DNA of 64,000 nt from Octopus sinensis (lineage: Eukaryota): positions 48,794,001 through 48,858,000 of the forward strand of contig NC_042997.1 of the NCBI RefSeq assembly GCF_006345805.1, given 5' to 3'. The notes under the pieces were generated by a model that had not been told where the DNA came from, made no database searches, and worked only from the letters and a program-made list of their open reading frames with translations. How positions within the stretch are numbered: position 1 is the stretch's first letter; the number at the start of each line of letters is the position of its first letter. This document shows, in pieces, positions 27,560 to 40,429 of the stretch. The position numbers and the translations under genes were made by a program.

Positions 27560-30500
27560 TCACACGGTTCCTTGCACGCACAACACTCGTGCAACATACT
27601 TCCATCTCTTTTGGAACGTACACTCTGACAGACACCTCTTCTCCAGCCACAGTTTCCTTTTCAAATGAAAAGAAAAAAAGGATCGTAAATTGTCACCAGA
27701 GATAAAGTTGCCTGTCTTAATTCCTTTTATCCTAGTATTCCATACAGCCTCTTTTGCTATTGCTACAACCGTGAGAAAACAATTCTTACCTTCGTTCGTT
27801 AGAACTCCCGGTGGGTCAATTTTTATAATTGACTCAGTCGACAGCCGTACTCTTCCTTCGCCGGACAACAGATGTTCAGCATAAGCCCACATTTCAGTTA
27901 TCTCCGGACACTGAACAATAGCGTGAGGGACGGTTTCCCTGTCCCCACCGCATCTTGGACAGGTCGGCGACTGACGTTTACCATGTCTTGCGAGCTTATC
28001 CCAAACGGGCAAGGCACCTCTGTAGCATTGCCAGGTTAAGGACTTTTGGAAGTTGTCCAACGTTCTCAACCCGAATGTACGATGAAACAAGCTGTCCAGT
28101 TGAATAAATCCGAGACCTAGAGTCGACCCCAGGCCATCGTCGCATTCAGACTCTACCAACCCACTATATAAAATCCGTGTGGAACCCCCACCGCTGGCGT
28201 TGCCCGAGCGCCGGAACAGCAAGAGGGCCTTACGGCACTCTTTATGCCACTCACTCGACCTCGGTCTACGAGAACACCAGGCTTCCTGTTCGCAAAAACT
28301 CTTGAACTCAGGGAACATTTGTCTGGCCAGCGGAGACCACACCCGTTCACTATCCAGGAGAATCCAGAGGTGCCTCAACCTCAACGCATGTCTGCGCATC
28401 ATTAACCAAGGCATCCCTAAACCTCCATTTAAAGGCTTTTGACAGCAGACAGAGCGTTTCACAAGTGGCGACCTGCCCTTCACAAAAAGCGAAAGAGCTG
28501 TCTCTCCAACCTGATCAACCACGAATCCGGACAGGGCACGACAGTCAGGCGGTAGGTAATGACCGATGCGATAAACACATTGGCCACTTCCGCCCTCCCT
28601 TTCAGGGATAGCCACCGCCAAGACCAAGTCTTGACTACTGCAGCCACCCTGCTCAATACCTCCGTCCAGTTCTTCTCTATCTGGAGGCCTGGTCCAAACC
28701 AGACTCCAGCAACTTAACCGGTCCCTCCGTCCAGCGCCTAACAACACTGTCTGAAGGCATCGACTTGCCAACCCAGGTGCCGAGCTGCAAGCCGACCGAC
28801 TTTTCCCGGTTAATCTTTGCTCCTGCTACCTCCTCGTAAGCCTCAATAGTCTTACCTACTTCACGTAGGCGTACCACTGTGGTTACACTGATAGTGATAT
28901 CATCCGCGAAAGCCGTAACAAACTCCTCTAGTCCTGGTTCTCTCGGGATGCCACTCAACCTTTGCAGTAATGGCTCGAGAGCCATCACATACAAAAGTGG
29001 TGAAAGCGGACATCCTTGACGAACCGAGCGTCTGATGCAGAACGGCTTCGAAAGGAAACCGTTCACCCGAACTATCGAGTCAATGTTGTGGTACAAAGCG
29101 ATAAACCACCTGAGGAAGCCAAGGCCCAGGCCAAACCGCGCAAGTACAGTCGCTAGGTATCGATGGTCAACCCTATCAAAAGCTTTAGACTGGTCCAAAT
29201 GCACCAATGCCCCACCTTTGCCAGATTTATTACCAAACCTCTCTATGGTATAGCGAATAAGATGGAGGGTATCCTGAATGGTTCTGCCTGGGATGGCACA
29301 TGTCTGTGCCTCCCCGACTATACCATTCGCGACACGCGCCAACCTTTTTGCTAGAACCTTGGCCAAAATCTTCACTTCTGCGTTTAACAGAGTGATGGGC
29401 CTGAAATTCTCTAGAACGTCCCCCTTGTCCGGGTCCTTTCTGACCAACGTCACTACTCCCCGGCGCACAGATCTGGGGATAAACCCATTCTGTTTCCAGT
29501 TCGCGTACACGTCAGTCAGTAGTTGCCCGAACAAGTCTGGCATACATTTATACAGCTCGTACGGAAGACCATCAAGTCCGGTGACTTACCCGCTTTACAA
29601 TCGGCCAAAGCCTCCGTCACCTCCTCAAGTGTGATTGGCCCTTCGCAAGACTCCGCATCCGACCCCGAGAGGCACGGCAGCCCGGTAAGAAAGTCCTCGA
29701 GGGCTCTCCCACCACCAGGACCGCCGTCACCCCCGAACAGCTGGGCGAAGTACTCCCGAAAGACCTCACATATTTTCTCGGGTTCGTTTATCAAGACACC
29801 ATTTTGATTCGTCAAAGACCGAATAGAGGAACTATTTCCTTGCCGAGCTTCCACCACTCGGGCCCATCCAGCGACTTTGATTCCTTCACTTCCCATTGCA
29901 CGTAACTTAGCTCTGGTAATACTTCCCATGTGGTGGGCTTCAAGATGCTGGTTTAACTCCAGTCTTTTCACCCTCGCTTGGTCTGTATTACCAGTCCTCC
30001 AGGCTTCTTCTAGTTCCTTAACTAGACCATCTCCTATTTTACGTCCCTTCTTAGCTAAACTTATGCTAAACCTAATAGACTCATATTTGATGGCTCTTTT
30101 TAGGGCGTACCACCATTTGTTATTAATGATGGTACCTGTTAATGCCCTCTGTATTAACATCTTGATCCGCTTTCTGTACTCCTCAATCGCCAAAAGGGAC
30201 GTATTGAGTTTCCAGTAGCCAGATCCCTGTCTATGCAACTTATCTACCGTCAGTTTACAGGTAACCATCTTGTGGTCACTGTAGCTGACTAGAAAAAACT
30301 GTGGACACTCAACTATGGACTTATCTTTTTCTCTAATTAAAATCCTATCTAGATATGTTCTGGTAGACCCGTCACTATTTGACCACGTCCACTGTGGAGT
30401 GTTCGGGTGCTCCAACCTATATGGATCTGCTAGCTGAAATTGACTTAGCAGATCCCGAAAGCCTGTGTTACATTTTCTGTTCATGTTCGAGTTTGAGCCA

Positions 30501-30961
30501 ACACAATCTGTGTGTGCTGCACATATTGTATTAGAGTCTCCTAACACTACTAGTGAATGCGACGTGGCTAGGAACTTTCCTAGGCCACGAAAATATTCAG
30601 TTTGCGGGCCAATAATGTTTGGTGCATAAATAGCGACCAGCCTGATTGTCTTGCCACAACTGAATGTCAAGTCGAGAACGACCAGCCTGCCTTCTGGGTC
30701 AGAAAAAACCAACTTTTTCTCGGCTACCCGGTTTCTTTTTAGTAGGACCAACACCCCACCCCCACCTCCCGCCCGACTCGGAGAAACGTATTTCTCGTAG
30801 CCGTTCAGGAGGGGGAGCAGATCTCTTGGCCCCTTCACCCGGGTTTCCGTTGCAACAATTACATCCAAATTTCTCGACCTGATGTCATTCAGAAAGCGTC
30901 CTTGCTTCCAGCTTGACAACAGGCCATGAACATTTAAACAACCAATGTGAATAGCCATCAC
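27560..30961 (-). CDS. Tx1 ORF2 (APE endonuclease, reverse transcriptase, zinc finger), split by three +1 frameshifts
   Basis: IGCLNVHG/ATET/LGDSN/YLDRI/SDH (APE), FRPITLLN/DQSKAFDRV/VRQGCPLSP/FADD (RT), CPRCGGDRETVPHAIVQC; each break is repaired by one extra G in a coding-strand G run (~29580, ~28705, ~28480). Confidence 0.92.
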
Positions 30962-31067
30962 TTACCTGTTTAATTAGGATTGTCCGGTGGAGGGGGACCC
31001 TCCACCTTTTTTTTATCCAGGGTCGGAGGTGGACGGTCTTGGGAAATAGATTTGTCAAAATCCCGTC

Positions 31068-32523
31068 TCACCACCGACACAGAATTATCAGGTGGAGGGG
31101 GAATCTCCACCTTTTCCTTTCTCGCGGGATCGGAGCTGGTAATCCATGAAATATCGACTTGTTAAAATCTAATCTCAATGAAGATACAGTCTTTCTGTAC
31201 TTATTTTGTAGAATTCTATAAGTCTTATTTGAGACTTCATATATGTCGTAATTGATAAATTCCTCTGAAAGGTTATCAATTTTTTTTACAGTCTTTATGA
31301 GTTGAATGTCTCTCATGAGCTCAGTATCTTTAGTGTATACGGCTATTATGCCTTTTTCTTCTTTTTCTCTTCTGGCAGTCTTTTTTGGTCGTTGTTCTGT
31401 AGTAGTCGCCGCTCTCGGCTGGGTTGCTGGTTGTATTTTTCTTTTGTTTGTTGTTTTTTTCTCATCTGTTTCTTCTTTATCTTCTTCCTCTTTGTCTTTT
31501 TTCTCCTCTTCCTCCTCTTCTTCATTTTCCTTGCAGTTCCTTCGAATGTGGCCTAATTGACCACATAAAAAACATCGAGGTTTTCGGCCCTCAACAAACA
31601 CCACGAGGTTCTCCTCCCCTACCTCAATTGTCTCAGGAATTGTTTGAATTATTTTAGGGTCCGCTTGAATGAGAAGATTAATTGTTTTACCATCCCAGCG
31701 TGGGTTTTCCGTAGCGGTAGCCTGGAGGAGAGTAATTTTTTCTACCTCTTTGATTAGGACTGCCGCCAACAACCACATAGGTTCGACCTCTGCGGGACCC
31801 TTGTAATTTTTATTCGCGACGTCCTTATCCCCATATAATAGGGTATTAACTCCACGTCGTTCATTTTCAACGTTTCCACTGAGTTCTTGTGTGCTATTTC
31901 TTTATTGGTGAACCTTACTTCCACCGTTCCGAATTTTTTCCTCTTCTCAGAAATACTACGTCGCCCAATATTGGCTTTAAGCACTTTTCTATTTTCTCTT
32001 CTGACATTCTTTCAATTTTTCTATTTTGTAGACAATATGTTTTGAAAATTATTGTTTTTTGCTTTTCTTCCTGTAATAACTTTTGCGGAGGTTCAATTTT
32101 CACACTGTTGTCATTTATTTCCATCATTTTGCTGTATTTCATAATTTCGCTTTTATTCGTCGACAGTATCTGGGTTCCACCCCCAGCAGCCAACGCAAAA
32201 CTTTTTTTTCCATTTTTTGGTTCTATCTGGATGCTAGGCACATCAATTATTCTCTTCGACACAATGCCTTTGTTCTCTGGCAAAGTCGGAAACTCTTCTG
32301 GTGAAAGTTCTGACGAGCTCTCAGACACATCTCCAAAAATATCAAATATATTATCCTCTCTGCTATTCCTTCTTGTAGCGGGGGAAACCCCTATTTCCTT
32401 GTCTGTAGTTGGCTCCTCGCCGGACATGTATTTCCTCCTCTCAACAGGAGAAACAAGTATTTCTGCTCCAACGGTAGGCTCCATGCTAGACGACATTCTT
32501 CCCCCCAAAGGGGGAATGAACAA
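31068..32523 (-). CDS. Tx1 ORF1 (gag-like, CCHC zinc knuckle), split by two +1 frameshifts
   Basis: ORFs 31915-32523, 31754-31984 and 31068-31778 join with +1 A (~31935) and +1 C (~31795); contains GRKPRCFLCGQLGHIRRNC followed by an acidic/basic tract. Confidence 0.88.
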
Positions 32524-32663
32524 CGCGTGCTACCACAAGCACTAAGTGTTTTCAATTGAAAACTCCAACAGTTAAGTTATTCAACAGTTTAACAAGAAAC
32601 AACAGTTGTTAACAATATTAACACCACGAAACAGCAATTCTTACTTCACGAACACATGTGCGA

Positions 32664-32725
32664 CAGACGAAATACCGCTAAGCTTTACACCCGGCGTGAT
32701 AACGTTTCTACCAACTCGCCGCCTT
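32664..32725 (-). mobile_element. SINE family B, 5' head (remainder of host)
   Basis: Minus strand AAGGCGGCGAGTTGGTAGAAACGTTATCACGCCGGG...GGTATTTCGTCTG matches the head at 63507-63567. Confidence 0.9.
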
Positions 32726-33827
32726 AATTTACCACTAGTATCGTCGCTGTCTCTGTCCTTGTAGCTGACAGCAACTTCATTGGATTAGCTTCGGTTTTAT
32801 TTTTATATTCGAAACATGAAAAATATATTCCGAATGTAAACAGCAATCCATCATAACTAGTTCCTCATATGAAGTTTTTATGTATGTTTTCTTGACAAAC
32901 TACAACAATAAGCAACGCCATCATTGAAATTGCTTCTTAGAAATATATATGAACTACAGAAAAATATTTTGTTTTTCATTCATATTTTAGGAACTTTTGC
33001 TCCTAACAAAGAAAGCTGAAACGTACAAGGCAGACATTCTCCAAATAAAAATAATAAAAGAATAAAAAGACGATAAGAATTTACAAATACGGCCGTAAGT
33101 CGTTTTAATCTTGTTACTGCATGCAAATTCAGTATTTTATAGAAAGAGATTAAGGCAGTTTCTGTGCGTTCGTATTCACATACAAGAGGTGGTTATGTTT
33201 GACCGTTACATCACTTGGAATCGCAGAAGGAAGAAAATACGTCTAATCCCTTTGGTTGCGACGTCCAAAAGCTATAGATTTAATTTTCCCATTTGCATTT
33301 AGGTCATTGACTGCCAAGATCTTGGTCCTGATTATTTCGTTATTTTGACTCTATTGCTTCCAAAGATATCCTTCCTAACATTCCCTAACTTCTTTTGGTT
33401 GAGCCGTCCAAAAGCTATAGATTTAATTTTCCCACAATGCATCACCACGACTTGCGCCATCCAGTCGCCAATAGATGAGACAACTGGTGTCAAGGGAGGT
33501 AACTGTCCACCATATCTAGACCACCTCGGGCTAGTATTAATATGCTTGGTGAAGCCACGATTGTGTGAAAACTTTATTATCGTAATTAGGGCAGATATGC
33601 AAATTTACACTTTACAATACAAGCCAAAAGCACTTGTGTCTCCTTACATCGTAAACCTGAAAGCTTCGTATTAAGGGTTAGGACGCCAGTAAAAAGAAGA
33701 GACGAGACCTTTTAAAAGAAAGATTGTTGATCTTACAGACATTTCCAAAACGACTTGCTCAGAGAAATTGATTTGTCTGCACCGAAAATCAAACACAGGC
33801 AAGTGTCTACAGTATTTATAAATCTGC

Positions 33828-34242
33828 TTTACTCTTTTACTCTTTAACATGTTTCAGTCATTTGACTGTGGCCATGCTGGAGCACCGCCTTTAGCCGAGC
33901 AAATCGACCCCGGGACTTATTCTTTGTAAGCCCAGTACTTATTCTATCGGTCTCTTTTGCCGAACCGCTAAGTGACGGGGACGTAAACACCACAGCATCG
34001 GTTGTCAAGCAATGCTAGTGGGACAAACACAGACACACAAACACATACACACACATACATATATATATATACATATATACGACAGGCTTCTTTCAGTTTC
34101 CGTCTACCAAATCCACTCACAAGGCATTGGTCAGCCCGGGGCTATAGCAGAAGACACTTGCCCAAGATGCCACGCGGTGGGACTGAACCCTGAATCATGT
34201 GGTTGGTTAGCAAGCTACTTACCACACAGCCACTCCTGCGCT
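33828..34242 (-). mobile_element. SINE family A (tRNA-derived head, internal CA/TA repeat, CR1-like tail)
   Basis: Head TGGCTGTGTGG (A box) and GGGTTCAGTCCC (B box); near-identical to 44483-44899 and 53755-54131. Confidence 0.92.
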
Positions 34243-35829
34243 TTATATATATAAAATTTAACATTACAATAGTAGTCGTAGTTTTGCAATAACACTACGT
34301 TTCGTAGGAGCAACTCTATGGACCGACAGATAAAAATAATGAGACGAGATGCAAAATACTGCATAAACAAAGGAATAAACCCATAGGAAAAGGCTGGAGT
34401 TTAAAGAATATTTATACGTTATTTATTATTAAATTACTTTTCGTCTCCAGGAAGAAACGTTTTGTTAAATGTTTGATTTTTAATTAAAAACAAATTAATT
34501 TCTGATTTGTTTCTTCAATATTATTTTTTTTACAATCAGAATATTTGGAATGGAAGCTGTTTTTTTATTGTCTAGCTGATTTCAACACCTCATCGATGTT
34601 TTGAGTGAGACTCTGTTCTTCTAATACCTATCGTATACAAAACTAAACAATTAGACATCCATTTCAATTGAAAAGCCATTATTATATTTTTGTAATATAT
34701 CTTTAACAAATAAATTAATACAAAAATTCTTCCGTTTAAACAGCTCTAGACGGCGTCATAAGTAGCATAGATAACATAACGATACGACCTTGGAGGCAAC
34801 AATTTAATAATGTTACTAACACAAATGAAAATTATAAAGGTCTGACCATCGTCAAAACATAAAAACAATGTGGAGGTTTGACACACTCACCGAGCACTGG
34901 TGGATGTGTTTTTTACACACCCAATCTTTGGTTCTGGTTTTGAATGATAACTGCCATTCTAGTAGTCTTTTCCGAAAATTTGCCCCTAAAGCGTCGCTTT
35001 TTCCTTGATCTATTTTGTTTTGGGTTTTTTTCTCCACAAGGGAAAATAATCTTCAGAATGGCGTTCTTTTTCAGAATATATTGAATGCAACTTGGTGGTG
35101 GGGTTTCATTTGTTCCACACAGCGATACTCTAGAGAAACTTGGAAAATTGCTTAGTTGCCTGCAATTCATATTTACAGCTTCACCAAATATATCGATATA
35201 ATATAGGATAGTCACTATTTGAATGTTTCATGTTGCGCTTCATTTCCTCGTCTGTTCATACAACAAGCATAACTCTTATTTTTTCAAATGTTTACTCCTT
35301 GAATGATTTAATATTTCTGCTGATAACAATAAAGTCGCGATTGCAAAAATTGTTACTAGTCCGAAATTGTTCTAATTGAAGTGGCAGATGAATGTCTGCT
35401 TCCACTCACCTCAACACTTGCAATTTTACCTCCGTTGTCATGTCAGTCCTCGGTGTAACATATAAACATTCAATACTTGGAGACAGATTGTTTTCAACTC
35501 ATGGTAGATGAAACATTCTATGAAAAATGCTGGAGAATACAGGAGTAGAATCCCGTAGCATATTAACGATGTTGTCTACAAAACAGGTTTATTATCTTTG
35601 CCAAGGAACACATTCTCACTTTCAGTTTTACCTTCATGATGCAGCACACATCAAGGGATAAACGCCAGTTTATTGTTATCTTCCATTTCCAGTTATAATC
35701 TTTTTTATCCATCAGCAAATTTGTTTGCATTAAAAATCATATTCTCACTTCAGATTTAAACAGTCTTCGCAACGGAACGAAAGAATTCAGGCGGCAACAG
35801 AAATGTTGGAGTGGAAAGTGTGGGATGCT

Positions 35830-36227
35830 GTGGGGGGATGGGATGTATAGGCATGGTGGGGTTGGAATGTGTAGGGTGGGGTAACGATGGAGGAGTAACG
35901 TTGAAGGGAGAGAGAAAAGGGAGAAGGTAGGTAGGAGTGAAGAGAGGAAGTAGGTGTCAGATCAAAAGAGGAGAGGAGAGGTGGGTGGGAATGAAGGGTG
36001 CAAGTAGGTGTGAGAAGAAGAGAGGAGAGAAGAGGGGAATTAGATGAAGAGTGGAGGAGAGGTGAGCCCATGTGGCGCAAAGGAGCAAAGGGAGAAGATT
36101 AATTCCTGTTCACGGCGAAAATGGGAGTCCGGATGGCCCTTGTGCGAGGACAATCCGAACACAGGCTGGTGTTGTAAGAATGACCGATACAGCGAAATAG
36201 GCGCGAAACCGGGATGTCGTTGCCAAG

Positions 36228-36232
<5 letters not shown>
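35830..36232 (-). mobile_element. Second copy of the PLE GIY-YIG 3' fragment
   Basis: Collinear with 9280-9665 (gtggggtaacgatgga...aggtgtcagat...gagtccggatgg...gttgcc.agtctgat). Confidence 0.85.
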
Positions 36233-36276
<44 letters not shown>

Positions 36277-36295
36277 ATATATATATAAATGTATG

Positions 36296-36331
<36 letters not shown>

Positions 36332-36478
36332 ATATATATAATATATAAATGTATGTATATATATATATATATATAAATGTATGTATATATATATATATAT
36401 ATAAATGTATATATATATATATACATACATTTATATATATATATGCGTGTGTATATATATGTATATATATGTATATAT

Positions 36479-36922
36479 GAGCGGTACATCATTTGTACGA
36501 TGTGGAGAATATACCGCCAACTTTGCCCAAACCACCCTAACATTAGCTTCGAGGTTCATCCAAGACTGGGATCACGGGCCATACGTCCCCTGCCCAATTC
36601 AAGATCACAGCATACATGTACACTACAACATAATTTCTTTTCCTCAACACGCCCTGCCCTATTTAACATTGTCCCGAAAGAGATCAAGGAGGAACAAGAT
36701 CCCATTAACTTTAAACGGAGTCTGGATAGATTCGTTCAAGGAATACCAGATAAGCCACCCATAATCGGATACAACACACCCCAAAAAAACTCACTACTTG
36801 AATGGACCATAAACAAAACTTGACTTAAACAGGATTCAAATAATCCTATCAGGTGGTGCTATTAAGTTAGACATGGCCTGGAACAATCATTGGTCGAAAC
36901 ATATCTAAGTTTACCTAAGTTT
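36479..36922 (+). mobile_element. 5'-truncated CR1-type LINE 3' end
   Basis: [42 protein letters not shown] matches the C-terminus of the 42608-43713 element; tail CTAAGTTT repeats; within (TA)n. Confidence 0.9.
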
Positions 36923-36934
36923 ATATGTATATAT

Positions 36935-36983
<49 letters not shown>

Positions 36984-37330
36984 GAGGTGAATGAGAGGTA
37001 GACACATATCAATCCTTGCATTATCAATACACATTTTTTTTTACTTCTTACTTCTTACTTTTTCGGTTTCCGTTTTTTAACATTCTACGTTTTCTATATA
37101 TTTCCCTGTCAACTTTTCGCGTTTCTTCTCCCATTCAGTTTTAGTTATGATATGTGGTTTATTCCTGGTAAATACGTTCGAGGTATTTCTCAAAATACGA
37201 AAGTATTAGTAGCAAATATAGACATGCATTGTGTCTATTAAATAATATATATATACACATATATATATAAAATATATATAATATATATACATATATGTTA
37301 TTATGTTATATATATATATATATATATATT

Positions 37331-37543
37331 TTAGACTGCTCGTGACCCGTTGGGTCACCAATAGTTCTAGGTAGCCGAAAAAACGCGTATCTCAGGAACC
37401 CGTGATCCGATTTATGCGAAACTTGTTTTATTCCGTTTGTATTCACATCAGCATCCGACTCCTGACGTCTTCTGTTTTTCTCATTTTCCCTCTGTTTCGC
37501 CAGACGCTCATCCCTCCGAGTATCCGATACCTGATCTCTCCTG

Positions 37544-37604
<61 letters not shown>

Positions 37605-38712
37605 ATTCCGCCAGACGCTCTGCCCTTGCTTTATCAGTCTCATCGATTCTTCTATTCCCATGCCAGTCCCGGATCTTGGGTAAATATTTTGTATAGGACC
37701 CGTTCGTACTTCGGTGTGAAATACTTTTTTCCACAGGTTTTTTCGAGTACACTTGACATATCTCACCTCCAAACCCACCACAAGCCACTTTCTTGAGGGA
37801 GAGGGGTGGTCAGACCTCGAGGCTTCCCAAGAAGCTCCGAGTTTCCCACCAAAGGAATTTTTCCGTGATTGATTTTTCTTTTCCAGGTTATTTCATATGT
37901 TCTTAACGAATGTGACATCGGAACCACGCGTAAACGGCTCTTTCCCCAGAAAAGGAAAGATTTGGCTGCTATTTCTTGCATGCTCTTCTCTCACGTAACA
38001 GCTATTTCAGGTCCTTTATCGCATATTTCTGTTACATGGCAGCAGGGCGTGCTAGAAACGGTAGTCACATCTTTGGAGGTGAGATGCGTGGAATGCACTC
38101 TAAAAAATACTATGGAAAAAAATTATTTCACGAAATATTTACTGTATTTTTAAGGTTGTTTTCACTTTAATTTTTTTTTAAATATACCAAAATTATTTCT
38201 TGTAAGTGTATTCCTTTGAAAATAATTTTTAAAAAGAAAAATATTGTCAGTTCAAAGAAAGCTAAAATATAAATACTTACAGTAAAATCAACTTACATCT
38301 TTGAAATCACATTGATTTTAAAATATTTCTAAATGATTGAAATATTTTGTTAAACAAAAGCGAAAATAGAGACATTTACTGCAAAAAGCAACTTGTATTT
38401 TTTCGTTGATAACTTAAAGTCACATCATAATGTGTCTAATCGATGGGTTAGAGTTTCTTCCCTTTCAGGATTAAGTTATTTTCAGAGTATTTTCCCATTA
38501 TGCACCGTTTTGAATATTTATACTCCTTAGACACACACCAAAACCCATCCGCCCACCATATCTCAAGAAACGGTGGTTCGTTTTTCGCGAAACGTGTTTT
38601 ATTCCGTTTATATTCACATTTCAGGGGCGCATTACTTTCGAAATATGTTCCTATTATGTACCACTTTGGCTGTGTAACATTCCAAGCAAGCAAGATTGAA
38701 AAAGTATATAGA
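37331..38712 (-). mobile_element. Non-autonomous Helitron with internal (CT)n
   Basis: Minus strand starts A|TCTATATAC at 38712 and ends with hairpin GTGACCCAACGGGTCAC plus GAGCAGTCTAA (CTRR) at ~37331. Confidence 0.65.
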
Positions 38713-38773
38713 TGCATATATATACACACACACGCACACACCACACACACATATATATATATATATATACTAT

Positions 38774-38805
<32 letters not shown>

Positions 38806-38989
38806 CTAAGCAATAAAGGGTTTAGCAACGAATTGCCTTACCACATACCGAATTTAGAAATAGCAGTCAAAAGGTTATAGCTATTTCTTCTACTAAAAAG
38901 GGAGATCTCAGTAAAAACAGCAATTGGAAGGCAGACACAAACGGTAAGAGAGAATGAATTGACGGCAATCTATCATACATTTTAAGTTA

Positions 38990-39088
38990 TCTACGGACGC
39001 ACGTTCGAAATCAAGTTTTTAGGAAAGCATAAGAATTAAATATTAAATAATTCTACCTTACCAAAACTTCTTTTCTCTTCAGCGTAGA
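38990..39088 (-). ncRNA. Type I hammerhead, ~590-bp unit copy A (one A missing from GAAA)
   Basis: As copy B but the core reads GAA-CGT (possible sequencing indel). Confidence 0.8.
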
Positions 39089-39579
39089 ATACTAATCATA
39101 AATGATTATATTGAATTTTGAGATACTAGAAGGCACCAACTCAACTCAGTATCAGAGCGAGCTAGAATCCGCAACTAGTATCACCAAATTCAATGTGTTG
39201 AATGAAAAGATTGTGTCACCAGCCCCTTCCCACCCGCGTGTAGCCAAAACAAGATGCTTGTGGTCATCTACTGAGATAAAATATGGTTATCCGTAATAAT
39301 GAAGGGTGAAATTAATTAATTTGGAATAATTATCAATTACACCAAGTAGTCTTCGGCATGTAAAAGCCTCATTCGAGAAAAATTTAAGTAATACTAAGCA
39401 ATAAAGGGTTTAGCAACGAATTGCCTTACCACATACCGAATTTAGAAATAGCAGTCAAAGAGTTATAGCTATTTCTTCTACTAAAAAGGGAGATCTCAGT
39501 AAAAACAGCAATTGGAAGGCAGACACAAACAGGTAAGAGAGAATGAATTGACGGCAATCTATCATACAATTTTAAGTTA

Positions 39580-39679
39580 TCTACGGACGCACGTTTCGAA
39601 ATCAAGTTTTTAGGAAAGCATAAGAATTAAATATTAAATAATTCTACCTTACCAAAACTTCTTTTCTCTTCAGCGTAGA
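39580..39679 (-). ncRNA. Type I hammerhead, ~590-bp unit copy B (intact)
   Basis: TCTACG-CTGAAGA-GAAA...TTTC-GAAA-CGTGCGT-C-CGTAGA; GUC triplet, predicted cut between 39586 and 39585. Confidence 0.92.
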
Positions 39680-40330
39680 ATACTATAATCATAAATGATT
39701 ATATATTGAATTTTGAGATACTAGAAGGCACCAACTCAACTCAGTATCAGAGCGAGCTAGAATTAGAAGGTAGAATTATTTAATATTTAATTCTTATGCT
39801 TTCCTAAAAACTTGATTTCGAAACGTGCGTCCGTAGATAACTTAAAATTGTATGATAGATTGCCGTCAATTCATTCTCTCTTACCTGTTTGTGTCTGCCT
39901 TCCAATTGCTGTTTTTACTGAGATCTCCCTTTTTAGTAGAAGAAATAGCTATAACTCTTTGACTGCTATTTCTAAATTCGGTATGTGGTAAGGCAATTCG
40001 TTGCTAAACCCTTTATTGCTTAGTATTACTTAAATTTTTCTCGAATGAGGCTTTTACATGCCGAAGACTACTTGGTGTAATTGATAATTATTCCAAATTA
40101 ATTAATTTCACCCTTCATTATTACGGATAACCATATTTTATCTCAGTAGATGACCACAGCATCTTGTTTTGGCTACACGCGGGTGGGAAGGGGCTGGTGA
40201 CACAATCTTTTCATTCACACATTGAATTTGGTGATACTAGTTGCGGATTCTAGCTCGCTCTGATACTGAGTTGAGTTGGTGCCTTCTAGTATCTCAAAAT
40301 TCAATATATAATCATTTATGATTATAGTAT

Positions 40331-40429
40331 TCTACGCTGAAGAGAAAGAAGTTTTGGTAAGGTAGAATTATTTAATATTTAATTCTTATGCTTTCCTAAA
40401 AACTTGATTTCGAAACGTGCGTCCGTAGA
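40331..40429 (+). ncRNA. Type I hammerhead, ~590-bp unit copy D (intact)
   Basis: Stem I TCTACG(40331-40336)/CGTAGA(40424-40429); CTGAAGA 40337-40343; long stem II closed by G-C; GAAA 40412-40415; stem III ACG-TG-CGT; GUC 40421-40423. A 5'-truncated copy C has GAAA at 39820-39823 and its cut site after 39831. Confidence 0.92.

Larger units (their letters stand above)
27311..32663 (-). mobile_element. Full-length Tx1-group (L1 clade) non-LTR retrotransposon, 5353 bp
   Basis: 13-bp TSD CAGACGAAATACC at 27298-27310 and 32664-32676; ORF1 with CCHC knuckle; ORF2 with APE, RT and C-terminal CxxC..H..C; 3' end GGGCAATAAAGAAATT. Confidence 0.95.
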
